Below, in pieces: positions 44,429-54,021 of a stretch of 64,000 bases of DNA (positions are counted from its first letter, which is position 1; the number at the start of each line of letters is the position of its first letter). The notes beneath the pieces were generated by a model. It was not told where the DNA came from. It searched no databases and saw only the letters and a program-made list of their open reading frames with translations. The position numbers were made by a program, and so were the translations under genes. The DNA comes from a virus, in the IMG/VR virus record IMGVR_UViG_3300024264_000006, positions 64,001-128,000 of that record, one strand, 5' to 3'.

Positions 44429-45167
44429 AATCATAATCCTCTTCATAAATACGCATTATACGCTTTTTTTGTCCGCCTGTCAATTGTTCGACACTTGGAT
44501 AGTTTGTGTAACTACTTTTGTTACGTACCTTGGTCAGAGACTCAGTACCAGTGTATTCGTTGTGGTACTTCAGGAAGACCAATATATCCCCAAACCTATT
44601 CATTGGGTATATCTGGTGATACTGTCCTCTATTGCCTAGGTAGTGAGTTTGAGTAAAGAAGTGTGAGTTCTGTATCTCCCCATTCCACACACCATTTATA
44701 ACATCGTCAATGTTTTTTGGGAGTCTCTGTACGTCCGACAACTTGTGTAATTCATACAGTTCATTTTCGTTTAAATCATCCTTTCCGGTAATATCTCTTT
44801 GTCGGTTATATTCGTCCTTTAGATACTCACAGGCGGATAAGAACCTCTTTATCGGATCACGTGAAACAGTGACCCTGTAACTATTCCTTCGAAAAGGCAA
44901 GTCCGGTTGGTAACCATACTTTTCAATTTCTTCCATACGGTGAACTTTAGTGGCGTATTGACGGTCACGCAATGTCTGACCAAGATTTGCACCGTCCACA
45001 AGAACCTTAAACATCTTCAGACTAGAGATACCGTTCTTAGGACACAGACGCACATCAATGTTGTTCTTAAAATAAAGAACGTTCTCTGTAGGCCACATAA
45101 TACCACGCAGTCTTTTTCTAAGAATCTTGCGTAGTTCCTCTTGATAAATTTTATCTATCTGGGACAT
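44409..45167 (-). CDS. Sulfotransferase family 2-like protein
   Basis: PKNGISS PAPS loop, RDPIKRFLSA, HFFTQ. Confidence 0.75.
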   Translation of the reverse strand: MSQIDKIYQEELRKILRKRLRGIMWPTENVLYFKNNIDVRLCPKNGISSLKMFKVLVDGANLGQTLRDRQYATKVHRMEEIEKYGYQPDLPFRRNSYRVTVSRDPIKRFLSACEYLKDEYNRQRDITGKDDLNENELYELHKLSDVQRLPKNIDDVINGVWNGEIQNSHFFTQTHYLGNRGQYHQIYPMNRFGDILVFLKYHNEYTGTESLTKVRNKSSYTNYPSVEQLTGGQKKRIMRIYEEDYDYGWTEN

Positions 45168-45624
45168 GGATAACTTCTATGCCACATTTCTCAAGAAAAG
45201 AAATACCAGCATCACCTTTGTGATATGTGTTGTTATAGAAAACCCTTGATATGCCAGATTGATGTATGAGTTTAGCGCAATCCATACATGGTGCCATAGT
45301 CACGTATAGACTAGAACCTTCGGACGATTCTCCAGACCTAGCAACCTTAGCGATTGCATTTGTCTCTGCATGTAAAACTTCAGGTTTAGTTTTGAGTTTC
45401 ACATAGATCGGATCAACAGTTTTTTCGTGTTGGGCCCAGATAGGCCAGTCTTCATCTTCACAGTTATTATCCCAACCAGAGGGCATACCATTGTATCCAA
45501 TGGAGATGATCCGGTTATCCTTTACAATAACACATCCAACTTTTGCTCTGCGACCATGTGAAAGATTGGCATACACATGAGCTGCATCCATGTGAGCATA
45601 GTCCCACTTAGTCAATGATTCCAT
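45151..45624 (-). CDS. dCMP deaminase
   Basis: VGCVIV, GYNG, HAETNA, PCMDC. Confidence 0.92.
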   Translation of the reverse strand: MESLTKWDYAHMDAAHVYANLSHGRRAKVGCVIVKDNRIISIGYNGMPSGWDNNCEDEDWPIWAQHEKTVDPIYVKLKTKPEVLHAETNAIAKVARSGESSEGSSLYVTMAPCMDCAKLIHQSGISRVFYNNTYHKGDAGISFLEKCGIEVIHVPDR

Positions 45625-45829
45625 CTTTCTTCACCCCAAAACGAATGACGTTGTACCAAAGCCTTTCGTGATAATAATATAATACAAACTTAATTACCAT
45701 ATCCGCAATGAATACAGCTCCGATTGCTTTTGCAGGCATTCCAAATGCCCATGCGATTAATGCTGTTGTTGTTGAAGCAATAATTCTCCAAGTAACAGCC
45801 TTCATCAAATGTCTTTTCTTACTAATCAA
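45608..45829 (-). CDS. DUF2061 membrane protein
   Basis: KAVTWR...YYYHERLW. Confidence 0.8.
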   Translation of the reverse strand: MISKKRHLMKAVTWRIIASTTTALIAWAFGMPAKAIGAVFIADMVIKFVLYYYHERLWYNVIRFGVKKDGIID

Positions 45830-46241
45830 TATCTAACGCTTCCTTAATTTTTGGCGGGAAGTATGCATCGGGTTTCATGACCTTTCCGGTATCAGGATTT
45901 TTCATCAACTGTCCATCCTGTACTTTACTCATGTTGGATTCCCATACGGCATCCCACACTTTATAGAAGTCAATACCTAGTGTACTACTTAGTCCCATGA
46001 TAACCCACACCATATCAGCAATACCGTCAGCAACTCCTACAACATCTTTATCTGCGAACGCTTCCTTGGTTTCTAGGAACTCTTCTTCAACCAAGTCCAT
46101 ATACAATTTTGATTGATCTTCATCAAACATGATTGTAGGATCGTCCGGTATAACATACCTCAATGGTTGATCCGCAGCCACCATAAAGATGTCAACATCT
46201 TCTTGAGGTGAGAACCCTTTACTTTGTTGTTTATCTGTCAT
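45822..46241 (-). CDS. MazG/PRA-PH-like NTP pyrophosphohydrolase
   Basis: LVEEEF.E, ADGIAD, V.ESNMSK, GKVMKP; start taken at MTDKQ (AAGGA SD). Confidence 0.85.
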   Translation of the reverse strand: MTDKQQSKGFSPQEDVDIFMVAADQPLRYVIPDDPTIMFDEDQSKLYMDLVEEEFLETKEAFADKDVVGVADGIADMVWVIMGLSSTLGIDFYKVWDAVWESNMSKVQDGQLMKNPDTGKVMKPDAYFPPKIKEALDID

Positions 46242-46258
46242 AACATATCCTTGTCTAG

Positions 46259-46426
46259 TTACCAGTTCCTCAAAACATTTGCCATAATCATCATAGCACA
46301 CAGTAGGTTGATACCGACAATAAATGTGCGGATAGTGGCCACGATGTTATCGTTTGCGGGATCGTATCCGTCTTGTTCTGAATATGATCCCAGTGCATGT
46401 TTCCATATAGTCCAAAGTTTATTCAT
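46259..46426 (-). CDS. Small membrane protein, 55 aa (not in ORF track)
   Basis: MNKLWTIWKHALGS...DNIVATIRT...ANVLRNW*. Confidence 0.7.
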   Translation of the reverse strand: MNKLWTIWKHALGSYSEQDGYDPANDNIVATIRTFIVGINLLCAMMIMANVLRNW

Positions 46427-46609
46427 TTAGTGTTCTCTTGATGCCTCCGTTTTCCCGACCTTTCTGAATCTCTTATTATACTTTCTTTTGATACTCTTGG
46501 CAACCCCACTTCGTGCTAGGTAACAATACATTTGTCTACCATAACCAAATGCATCGTATTCATCACCATCGTTCGTTGGTATTTTTGGGTTCTTCTTAGC
46601 CATAAACAA
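46427..46609 (-). CDS. Small basic hypothetical protein
   Basis: GDEYDA...KSIKRKYNKR pattern. Confidence 0.65.
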   Translation of the reverse strand: MFMAKKNPKIPTNDGDEYDAFGYGRQMYCYLARSGVAKSIKRKYNKRFRKVGKTEASREH

Positions 46610-46622
46610 TCTCCGAAAGTAT

Positions 46623-47012
46623 TTACAACAACCTCAGTCTTAACTCTTCTTTCATACAAGCACGTCTGATAGGACATACACCACCCATCTCAATAACTGA
46701 TTGAAGGTGTTCCGTTTCCATCTCTGCAATAGTCTTGTACTGCAATGGTTGTTTACCATCTTTGCCGTATGTTCCCCACGTGAGTACCTCACTTTGTACC
46801 TTATGGGGTTCATTGTCATACAGACACATATCAATTTGGTCTGCATGAAAAGACCGTCTTACATAATCAAGACCACCATCGACCATATAGGTCTTACCAG
46901 ACAGAGCGTCTACATGGGTCACATAGTCGTGTCGAGTTTTAGATTCTATTATAGTACCGTCAGGCGTTTGTAACGCATTACGAATAAGTCTTGGGAATTC
47001 CCTTGGAACCAT
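46623..47012 (-). CDS. Conserved phage hypothetical protein
   Basis: RHDYV...MVDGGLDY.RR...WGTYGKDG. Confidence 0.75.
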   Translation of the reverse strand: MVPREFPRLIRNALQTPDGTIIESKTRHDYVTHVDALSGKTYMVDGGLDYVRRSFHADQIDMCLYDNEPHKVQSEVLTWGTYGKDGKQPLQYKTIAEMETEHLQSVIEMGGVCPIRRACMKEELRLRLL

Positions 47013-47950
47013 TATTTAATCTCCACGTTTGCCATGACCTCAGTCATGCAAGCTACTAGGTTAAGTTCATGGTCAGCAACAAACGCATTCTTGTATTGAT
47101 AATCAGCGAGGATCAACACGAGTTGTGGAATTGATTGTGGTTGTACATGGTCTTGCATTACGTCATAGATGCCACGGAATACCGTTGCTGGTTCTACGTC
47201 CATGTTGTTGACCACCCAACTACGCATCTTCTTGAAGTCCTTGTCTTTGAGAGACTTGAAAAGAACATTGTAGTTATCATTTGCGTCATTCAAGATAACG
47301 CCGGTTTCTAATTGACCACCAATGGAGTGACGTTGTAACTCATTGAGTACACGCCTCCAGTCAGGTGAGTAACGCATGATTAGCTGTGCGAGTGTATCCT
47401 TGTTATAATTCACCCCCTCGGCAACAAGGATACTACTCGCACGCTCCATGAATTGTGCACACAAACCTGCCTGCACTTTCTTGTTAAAGTTAAACTCATA
47501 ATTAGAACAACGAGAATGTAGTGGTTCAATCACACGATTCTTGAAGTTACAAGTTAAAATGAATCGACAGTTCTGAGAGAACTCTTCGATAAACCCACGC
47601 AAGGCGGGTTGAGTTGATTGGGGATTAAGGTAGTCCGCTTCGTCTAGAATGACTACTTTGTAGCCCCCTGAGAGAGAGATAGACGAAGCGAACTGTTTGA
47701 TCTTGCCACGTAACGTGTCGATGTTACCCTCTTCAGACCCATTAATGACAATGTAGTCAAGTCCAAGGGTGTCACAGATCGCACGAGCGACTGTTGTTTT
47801 ACCAGTACCAGCAGTACCAGAAAAAAGCATGTTAGGAATCTCACCGCCATTTACAATCTTTCGAAAGGTGTCTTTCAGTGTATCGGGGAGAATTGTATCC
47901 TCGACAGTGCGAGGGCGATACTTCTCGACCCATAAAAATTCATCACGCAT
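47012..47950 (-). CDS. 44: Clamp loader ATPase gp44
   Basis: LWVEKYRP, GTGKTT, LDEAD, LRGFIE, HSRC. Confidence 0.96.
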   Translation of the reverse strand: MRDEFLWVEKYRPRTVEDTILPDTLKDTFRKIVNGGEIPNMLFSGTAGTGKTTVARAICDTLGLDYIVINGSEEGNIDTLRGKIKQFASSISLSGGYKVVILDEADYLNPQSTQPALRGFIEEFSQNCRFILTCNFKNRVIEPLHSRCSNYEFNFNKKVQAGLCAQFMERASSILVAEGVNYNKDTLAQLIMRYSPDWRRVLNELQRHSIGGQLETGVILNDANDNYNVLFKSLKDKDFKKMRSWVVNNMDVEPATVFRGIYDVMQDHVQPQSIPQLVLILADYQYKNAFVADHELNLVACMTEVMANVEIK

Positions 47951-47963
47951 AATATAAACTCCA

Positions 47964-48191
47964 TCATTTAATTTTTGATTTTTCAGTTAGGTATCTTACC
48001 ACATATATACGGGTGAAGGCAATACAAAAGAATCCGATAGTAGAAATTGTTGCAAACTTTACTGGATCGGTGATACCCCATTCATGTATAAAAAGCCAAG
48101 CAAAGAAGATACTCACGGGGTAGTTTATTACTGTCCCCATGAATACATGTATCGACGTTTCCTTGGCAATTGCCTTATCCCAGAACTCCAC
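47964..48191 (-). CDS. Small membrane protein
   Basis: Two TM segments; R.YVVR end. Confidence 0.6.
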   Translation of the reverse strand: MEFWDKAIAKETSIHVFMGTVINYPVSIFFAWLFIHEWGITDPVKFATISTIGFFCIAFTRIYVVRYLTEKSKIK

Positions 48192-48192
48192 T

Positions 48193-48468
48193 CTATAGAA
48201 GTTTTGAGATGATCTCTGCCTTTTTCATACGAGCAGATACTAGAACGTCTTTGGATTCTGCGAGGGCAATCAATTCCTTCTTGGTCATTCCGTTAAGGTC
48301 ATGAGCTTCCTCAATCTCGTCACGAACTTTATCCATTTCGGTTTTGATAACACCAGCGTCATCCATAACGGTAATGCTAGGTGTCTTATTCATAAGATAC
48401 ACAGCACCAACCAAAGCGACTAGTAAACCTAGTCCGATCAATAGTTCTAATTCCATAATTTCCTCCAA
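48193..48468 (-). CDS. TM-anchored protein with Rho-N/HeH-like C-terminus
   Basis: LNGMTKKELIALAE...MKKAEIISKL. Confidence 0.6.
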   Translation of the reverse strand: MEEIMELELLIGLGLLVALVGAVYLMNKTPSITVMDDAGVIKTEMDKVRDEIEEAHDLNGMTKKELIALAESKDVLVSARMKKAEIISKLL

Positions 48469-48471
48469 CGG

Positions 48472-49077
48472 TTATTTAGAATTACGATCAACATAAAAAA
48501 TATGTCGATCAATTTTGGTAACCATCTCAAAAGATGGCGCCCAATACGGTGTTACATAATCCGCATGATAGTACAAACTACCCTCAGTTATGTCCACAGT
48601 ATCTAGGTACAGAATATCTGTAACTAAATCTAGTATAGAATGGTAAGTACGAACATCAACGGGAATGTCACTCTTCCCATCACACCACCAACTAAAGTGG
48701 CATTGGTTCAATACAGGTACTACATTACCCTTCCAGTTAATTCTCGTTTTTCCGTGTTGTATCACTTCACATATAGTGTTGGGATACTGAGTACTCTTAA
48801 CACGATTCATTACTACTTGAGCTACTGCAACTTGACCAGCTACACTTTCACTACGAGCTTCGTAGTATGAGTTTAGTGCAAGACATTCAATATCTCTTTC
48901 TGAGTATAAGAGTTTTTCTTGTAACGGTTCTGGTGGGCCTACTAATTCAATTTCAATCGGGACTACAACAGGATCAGGTTCTACAGTTTCTTGTTTTGGA
49001 TACAAGAAGAGTCCCATGAGAAGACCAAAGGATAAGACGATCCCTACCCATAATTGCCAACATACTTGAACCCTCAT
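48472..49077 (-). CDS. SleB-family cell wall hydrolase with N-terminal TM
   Basis: CLALNSYYEARSE, VVMNRV, PNTICEV, FSW, YYHADYV.P.W, HIFY. Confidence 0.9.
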   Translation of the reverse strand: MRVQVCWQLWVGIVLSFGLLMGLFLYPKQETVEPDPVVVPIEIELVGPPEPLQEKLLYSERDIECLALNSYYEARSESVAGQVAVAQVVMNRVKSTQYPNTICEVIQHGKTRINWKGNVVPVLNQCHFSWWCDGKSDIPVDVRTYHSILDLVTDILYLDTVDITEGSLYYHADYVTPYWAPSFEMVTKIDRHIFYVDRNSK

Positions 49078-49553
49078 GATGCCTCATCAAACTTATAGTA
49101 TGAAACGATCTCGTCCATCTGTTCGAATGTAATGAGACGTTGATTAGAACAACCATCTTCGGTCTGAGACCAAGAACGCTCACCATAAGGCGTAGCTTCC
49201 ATGTCGTACTTACGTGCAACAGACTTACACAGAAGTTCGTCACGGTCAGACAACTTAATGCAGTAGATGGGAGATTCCCAGTGCTCTACATGATCCGACT
49301 CTTTGAAGTCGATCTCGTCTATGAGATCACCCAAACCAAGAATGAACTCTTCTGAGTAGTCAGACTTGTGCTCAATGCACTTCTGTACCGACTCATAGAA
49401 AGCCACGTCTTGCGCTTCCTGAAGATTCACCTCAACGATGTAGGTGCTACCACCCTTACACTTCCAGTACTGCGGGCATTCACCCTTACCGTCCCAATCA
49501 TGGGCACCATAGTTCTCTCTGAACTGAGTTTGAATAACTAATTTCATTAACAC
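49074..49553 (-). CDS. Conserved early phage protein
   Basis: TQFRENYGAHDWDGKGECPQYWKCKGG. Confidence 0.75.
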   Translation of the reverse strand: MLMKLVIQTQFRENYGAHDWDGKGECPQYWKCKGGSTYIVEVNLQEAQDVAFYESVQKCIEHKSDYSEEFILGLGDLIDEIDFKESDHVEHWESPIYCIKLSDRDELLCKSVARKYDMEATPYGERSWSQTEDGCSNQRLITFEQMDEIVSYYKFDEAS

Positions 49554-49840
49554 TTTCCTCCATAACCTAAAGCTCTCATTGCACCCACCGGATGCTCTGC
49601 AGCTGCCAACTCAAGATACTGTTCAACAGTTACATTCTTCACCAAGAAGTTAACCCACGCCTTCCAAGGCTTATAGTTCCCATACTTGAATCTCGCAATG
49701 AATTCAGGTCTGGGTTTACCAATCCAAGATGGGTGACAGTCAGGTCTGACCTCTTCCATGTTCTTAGAACCAGTATGTTTACCTCTATACATGAGATACA
49801 TACCGTCCCAAGTGAATTGTTCTTTATCAAATTTCGTCAT
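49547..49840 (-). CDS. Conserved early phage protein
   Basis: F.WDGMYLMY...FIARFKY; first gene after promoter G. Confidence 0.75.
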   Translation of the reverse strand: MTKFDKEQFTWDGMYLMYRGKHTGSKNMEEVRPDCHPSWIGKPRPEFIARFKYGNYKPWKAWVNFLVKNVTVEQYLELAAAEHPVGAMRALGYGGKC

Positions 49841-49953
49841 AATTTACCTCTCTCATCAATTTATGTACCCATTATAGGACATTCTTGTTCTAAAGGCAAG
49901 CGTTTTTCGAAAAAAAGTTAAAGTTTTTTTAGATCATTTTGTTATAAGGATAT
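49841..49953 (-). promoter_or_regulatory. Early promoter (copy G)
   Basis: AAAAACGC-TTGCCT-N17-TATAAT; upstream CTTATAACAAAATGATCTAAAAAAA. Confidence 0.8.
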
Positions 49954-49954
49954 G

Positions 49955-50137
49955 CTATTCTGATATATCTTCGATCTTGACTACTGTGGATTTTAGAATA
50001 TCTTCCCATGTTCCATCGGAACACTTCATTATCCATCTGTCGTTGTCCGGACTTCTGTTCATGTTAGTGGGTAGAATTCCTTCTCTCACCAATATGACCT
50101 CAGGCTTCTTCCAGTGTTTGTACGTTATCTTTTTCAT
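49955..50137 (-). CDS. Small hypothetical protein
   Basis: ORF with AGGA SD. Confidence 0.6.
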   Translation of the reverse strand: MKKITYKHWKKPEVILVREGILPTNMNRSPDNDRWIMKCSDGTWEDILKSTVVKIEDISE

Positions 50138-50144
50138 TCACGTC

Positions 50145-50696
50145 CTATGTGTAATGAAGACAAGTCATCATGATGTATTTATCATGATTCGTCGGTTCCA
50201 ATCCAGCATGTGGAAACATCCAGTTTGGTGGAAAGATAACTACTCTACCTCGTTTAGCCTCGACCTTCATACCAATAGTAGGGAATACTGTCGCACCATC
50301 ATTATCGTTTAAATACACAATAGCGACAGCGTATCTTCTAGCGGTTGCATGGTCAACGACATCTACATGAGTCTTGAACTGTTCACCACTATTCTTTTTA
50401 TACTTCTTGATCCTTAAAGCTTCGACGCTTGGTTTATCCAAGTGTACATAATCAGAACATTCTAACTCTTCGAAGTAGTCTTGATACCTTGGAATTAAAG
50501 TCCGATAAATGGGATCAGCAACATCCTTTATAGTAGGTGTAGTGTTGATCTCCAGTTGATTAAAAATATAACCATCGGTCTTGTGCGTTTGCACGTGGTT
50601 AAGGTTTTCTTTGTAAGCAAGGATAAGGTCTTCACAAACTTCCTTTGGAAAGACCTCATCGTAAACTTTTATGTAGTCGGTAAGACTATGCGCCAT
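50145..50696 (-). CDS. 2OG-Fe(II) oxygenase (prolyl-hydroxylase-like)
   Basis: IKKY, HVD, YLND, FPP.W.FPHAG, KY. Confidence 0.85.
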   Translation of the reverse strand: MAHSLTDYIKVYDEVFPKEVCEDLILAYKENLNHVQTHKTDGYIFNQLEINTTPTIKDVADPIYRTLIPRYQDYFEELECSDYVHLDKPSVEALRIKKYKKNSGEQFKTHVDVVDHATARRYAVAIVYLNDNDGATVFPTIGMKVEAKRGRVVIFPPNWMFPHAGLEPTNHDKYIMMTCLHYT

Positions 50697-51114
50697 CGTG
50701 ATTTAAATCTATGAGTGGATTGCCAATATGGCCATCTGTTGGATGTTTTTCCAGTGCACGTCCTTGTGTTCTTCGGACAATATCATCTCCGTCAAACTCA
50801 GACCAATACAACTCAAATGCAACACCATCGGTAACACCGACGAATTGATGCCACTTGCCAGGTTCTACTTTATAGTACTCACCGGCCTTGAGAACGGTTT
50901 GGTCACAAATGACAGGTCTACTGTCGTTTGGTTCTTCATTATCTGGCCATGTTCTAATTAACATTCTACCAGACTCAACAAAGAAACCATTCCACTTAGT
51001 TTTGTGGTAATGTTCTGAACAACAGTGATTCGCCTTGAATTCAATTCTATGAAATTCAAACGAAGACGTATGTTCAATAAGTTCTGTATGTCCCCATACT
51101 TTCCCTGATTTCAT
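50686..51114 (-). CDS. Cupin (sugar-isomerase-like) protein
   Basis: GKVWG, CSEHYH, PGKWHQF, DIVR. Confidence 0.75.
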   Translation of the reverse strand: MKSGKVWGHTELIEHTSSFEFHRIEFKANHCCSEHYHKTKWNGFFVESGRMLIRTWPDNEEPNDSRPVICDQTVLKAGEYYKVEPGKWHQFVGVTDGVAFELYWSEFDGDDIVRRTQGRALEKHPTDGHIGNPLIDLNHDGA

Positions 51115-51133
51115 ATCATGTCCCTTTTAAAAT

Positions 51134-51207
51134 TGGAGCGGAGTGGTGGAATCGAACCACCCTCTGAAGGTTGGAAACCTTCGGTAATACCACTATACGA
51201 ACTCCGC
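51134..51207 (-). tRNA. tRNA-Gly (TCC)
   Basis: GCGGAGT acceptor, GAAGG-TTTCCAA-CCTTC anticodon arm, GGTTCGATTCC, CCA. Confidence 0.95.
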
Positions 51208-51217
51208 ATTAAAATGT

Positions 51218-51294
51218 TGGCACGCCTGACAGGAATCGAACCTGTAACCTACAGCTTAGAAGGCTGTTGCTCTATCCTATTGAGCTACAGGCGC
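51218..51294 (-). tRNA. tRNA-Arg (TCT)
   Basis: GCGCCTG acceptor, ACAGC-CTTCTAA-GCTGT anticodon arm, GGTTCGATTCC, CCA. Confidence 0.95.
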
Positions 51295-51301
51295 ACTGAT
51301 A

Positions 51302-51535
51302 TTACTCAGTGTCGCCAGCCTCTTCAGATTGAAAACCTTCAGCAAGTTGAACAAACTGCATTGCTTGATCACGCAATTGTCCAATAGTAGAAAGTTCCTC
51401 GCCTTTGAAACCACCACGTTGTACTACAGTATCAATAACTGCAATAGTAGATCGTGATACACGGTTTCCGAGTTCATATGCCTGAGAGTGGTCTTGTGCT
51501 GTCTCAGTCGTTACAGCTTCGTTTGCTTTTGCCAT
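51302..51535 (-). CDS. Conserved hypothetical protein
   Basis: ID...QRGGFKGEEL..IG.LRD pattern. Confidence 0.7.
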   Translation of the reverse strand: MAKANEAVTTETAQDHSQAYELGNRVSRSTIAVIDTVVQRGGFKGEELSTIGQLRDQAMQFVQLAEGFQSEEAGDTE

Positions 51536-51537
51536 CG

Positions 51538-52224
51538 TTATACTCCAAATGTTGATGATTTTTCAAGTGCAATAAAATACTCAATGTCAGATTGTACAGA
51601 CTTGAACTGAGAGATCAACTTCTTAGAGATGTTGACTTCAAAGTCCTCGTTGACAATCTTGAGATTGTTCACATTCAATACGAAGTTGAAATCAACTTCA
51701 TTGTCATACGAACCATCTACGTCAATAGTAAACGCATTTGACGTTGCATCCTTAGTATCTAGTACAGAGATTTGAATCGATCCATTATTTGGACGGATAC
51801 TAATCTCGTTATGTCCTAGTGCCTGAGCTGCACGTTTAATGCGTCCCAACGTACCATTATCTAGTACGAATTTAACTTCGAATTCCGGTAAGTTTATATC
51901 CTTAGACGGAGAAGTTAACATGTCCGGATCAGAGTAAAAATACTTGACCTTAGAACGTCCAGTAGCATCACCCACAACAACATAATCTTTCTCAAATGAA
52001 AGAACAGGTTTATCAACCAGACCTAAAACATTTAAGAATTCATTGAGATCGTAGATGCCGAACCCTGCTGGAAATTGTTCTGACACAGTAGTACGTGAAA
52101 ACACGTTACGTGCGACAGATACGGTTCGAACATTGCTGCCTTCTTCGAAGACGATGTTCGGGTTAATGTTTGCATAGTTCTTAAGAACTGCGAGAGTACG
52201 ATCAGATAATTCCATAATATTCAC
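51538..52224 (-). CDS. 45: Sliding clamp gp45
   Basis: LKNYANIN, FGIYDLNEFL, YFIALE. Confidence 0.95.
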   Translation of the reverse strand: MNIMELSDRTLAVLKNYANINPNIVFEEGSNVRTVSVARNVFSRTTVSEQFPAGFGIYDLNEFLNVLGLVDKPVLSFEKDYVVVGDATGRSKVKYFYSDPDMLTSPSKDINLPEFEVKFVLDNGTLGRIKRAAQALGHNEISIRPNNGSIQISVLDTKDATSNAFTIDVDGSYDNEVDFNFVLNVNNLKIVNEDFEVNISKKLISQFKSVQSDIEYFIALEKSSTFGV

Positions 52225-52251
52225 CTTTTTGTTTATTTACAAATTACGCAT

Positions 52252-52280
52252 ATGATAACACAATAGACCCTTTGTGTCAA
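52252..52280 (-). promoter_or_regulatory. Sigma70-type promoter of gene 45
   Basis: TTGACA-N17-TATCAT. Confidence 0.75.
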
Positions 52281-54001
52281 GCCGCTTCTTTTATTTTACT
52301 AAAGTTTTTTTCTTTGACGAACTCAATTCGACGTTGGAAAGCCGCATCTTCTAGTTCCGCCTTATGAGAAATCACAAACACATTAGTCTCTTCACCAAGT
52401 GTGTGTATGATCTTCATCAGGTTGTCCACCCCATCATCATCCAGAGATGAATCAAATGTCTCATCAAGGATTAGTAGGTTGGTTGCAACACTGTTCTTCA
52501 TCTTTGCAATCTGTCTCCATGTAAACAGTAGGGACAAATCAATACGTTGTTTCTCACCCTCAGAGAATGAGTCATACGAAAAGTTGTCACGGAACCTTGA
52601 TCGGATAGTCTCATTGAAACTCTCATCCAAATCAAAGTGTACAAAGAAATCTAGAATCTGTAAGTACTGATTAGTCAGTTGGTTGATGACCGGAAGGTAC
52701 TGTTTAATAATCTTGGTCTTGATACCAGTGTCACGAAGTAACTCCGAACTCACCTGTTGGTAAGAATAGTTTTCGTGTAGTTTATATTTCTGATCCTGTT
52801 TGGTATCTAATTCTTTATTCAGTCTCATTAGATCGTCGTTGGCTTCTGCGAGATCACCAGTGTTCTCTGCCATACTCTCTATCTCATTGCGGATACGATC
52901 TATGTTACGATTGATTCGTGTGATCGTTTGGTTGTTGTTGTTTACCACGTTTTGTAATTCGTTGACATCAGTCAACTCCGTGTTTAACTCTTTAAGTTGT
53001 GCCTCAAACTCTTCCATCTTACTATGAGATTCGTTCATGACATCATTAAGTTCTTTTGCACGTGTCTGTGCATCGGTCTTCTTGGTATCACGTAAGTCCT
53101 CATCGATGTCTTGATCGCACGTAGGACATATAGCATTGTCCTCAAAGAACTTGGCCTGTTTGACCACAGACTTAATCTCACTCTTAAACGAAGACTGATA
53201 GTTGAGTAACTTCTCACGTGACGTGGCGACTTTTTCTAGTTTCTTCGACAGGTCTTGTTGACGTGTCGTTGCGGTAGACATATTCTCAGTGTTGAAGTCT
53301 TGGAGTTCCGCAATCTCCGTGAGTAATACGGTGATCTCAGATTCTTTCTCCTTACGGTGTGCAGTGTTTAAGGCTGATAAGTCCCGCAAGTATTTCTTCT
53401 GTGAATTGATCTTAGTCTTGACAACTTCTATCTTATGTGAGTTGTCCTTGATGTCCTCTTTAAGTATAGACATTTTTTCTTTTAATAAGGCATTCATCTT
53501 ACTGAACATGTTGATGTCAAGTAAGTCTTCGATAACCTCACGCCTTGCACCACTACCCAATTGCATAAACGGTACAAAAGAACTTGATCCAAGAACAACA
53601 ATTTGATGAAACGACTTGTGAGTCAACTTCAGAATGTTGCGTTCTAGAATCTGTTGATATTCTTTTGCATGAGAGTTCTGATTAATCATGTTGTCATTGG
53701 CCCATATCTCAAACACGTTAGGTTTGATACCACGGACAATTTTATAATTAACCCCATTAACAGAAAAAAGAACCTCGACCAGTGTGCCTTTCTGATTGAC
53801 AGAATTGACTAACTGAGACTTGGATATCTTACGATGGGACTTACCAAAGAGTCCAAACGACAAAGCGTCCAACATCGTAGACTTGCCTGCACCATTGTCT
53901 CCCACCACCAACGTGGTAGGTTTTTGGGTCAGGTCAATCTCTGTAAAGTTGTTACCAGTGGATAGAAAGTTCTTCCACCTAATCTTCTCAAATTTGATCA
54001 T
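52277..54001 (-). CDS. 46: Recombination endonuclease ATPase gp46 (Rad50-like)
   Basis: GDNGAGKST, CPTC hook, FSEGEK, LILDE. Confidence 0.96.
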   Translation of the reverse strand: MIKFEKIRWKNFLSTGNNFTEIDLTQKPTTLVVGDNGAGKSTMLDALSFGLFGKSHRKISKSQLVNSVNQKGTLVEVLFSVNGVNYKIVRGIKPNVFEIWANDNMINQNSHAKEYQQILERNILKLTHKSFHQIVVLGSSSFVPFMQLGSGARREVIEDLLDINMFSKMNALLKEKMSILKEDIKDNSHKIEVVKTKINSQKKYLRDLSALNTAHRKEKESEITVLLTEIAELQDFNTENMSTATTRQQDLSKKLEKVATSREKLLNYQSSFKSEIKSVVKQAKFFEDNAICPTCDQDIDEDLRDTKKTDAQTRAKELNDVMNESHSKMEEFEAQLKELNTELTDVNELQNVVNNNNQTITRINRNIDRIRNEIESMAENTGDLAEANDDLMRLNKELDTKQDQKYKLHENYSYQQVSSELLRDTGIKTKIIKQYLPVINQLTNQYLQILDFFVHFDLDESFNETIRSRFRDNFSYDSFSEGEKQRIDLSLLFTWRQIAKMKNSVATNLLILDETFDSSLDDDGVDNLMKIIHTLGEETNVFVISHKAELEDAAFQRRIEFVKEKNFSKIKEAA

Positions 54002-54021
54002 AGCGAGTATGTTACCATATT

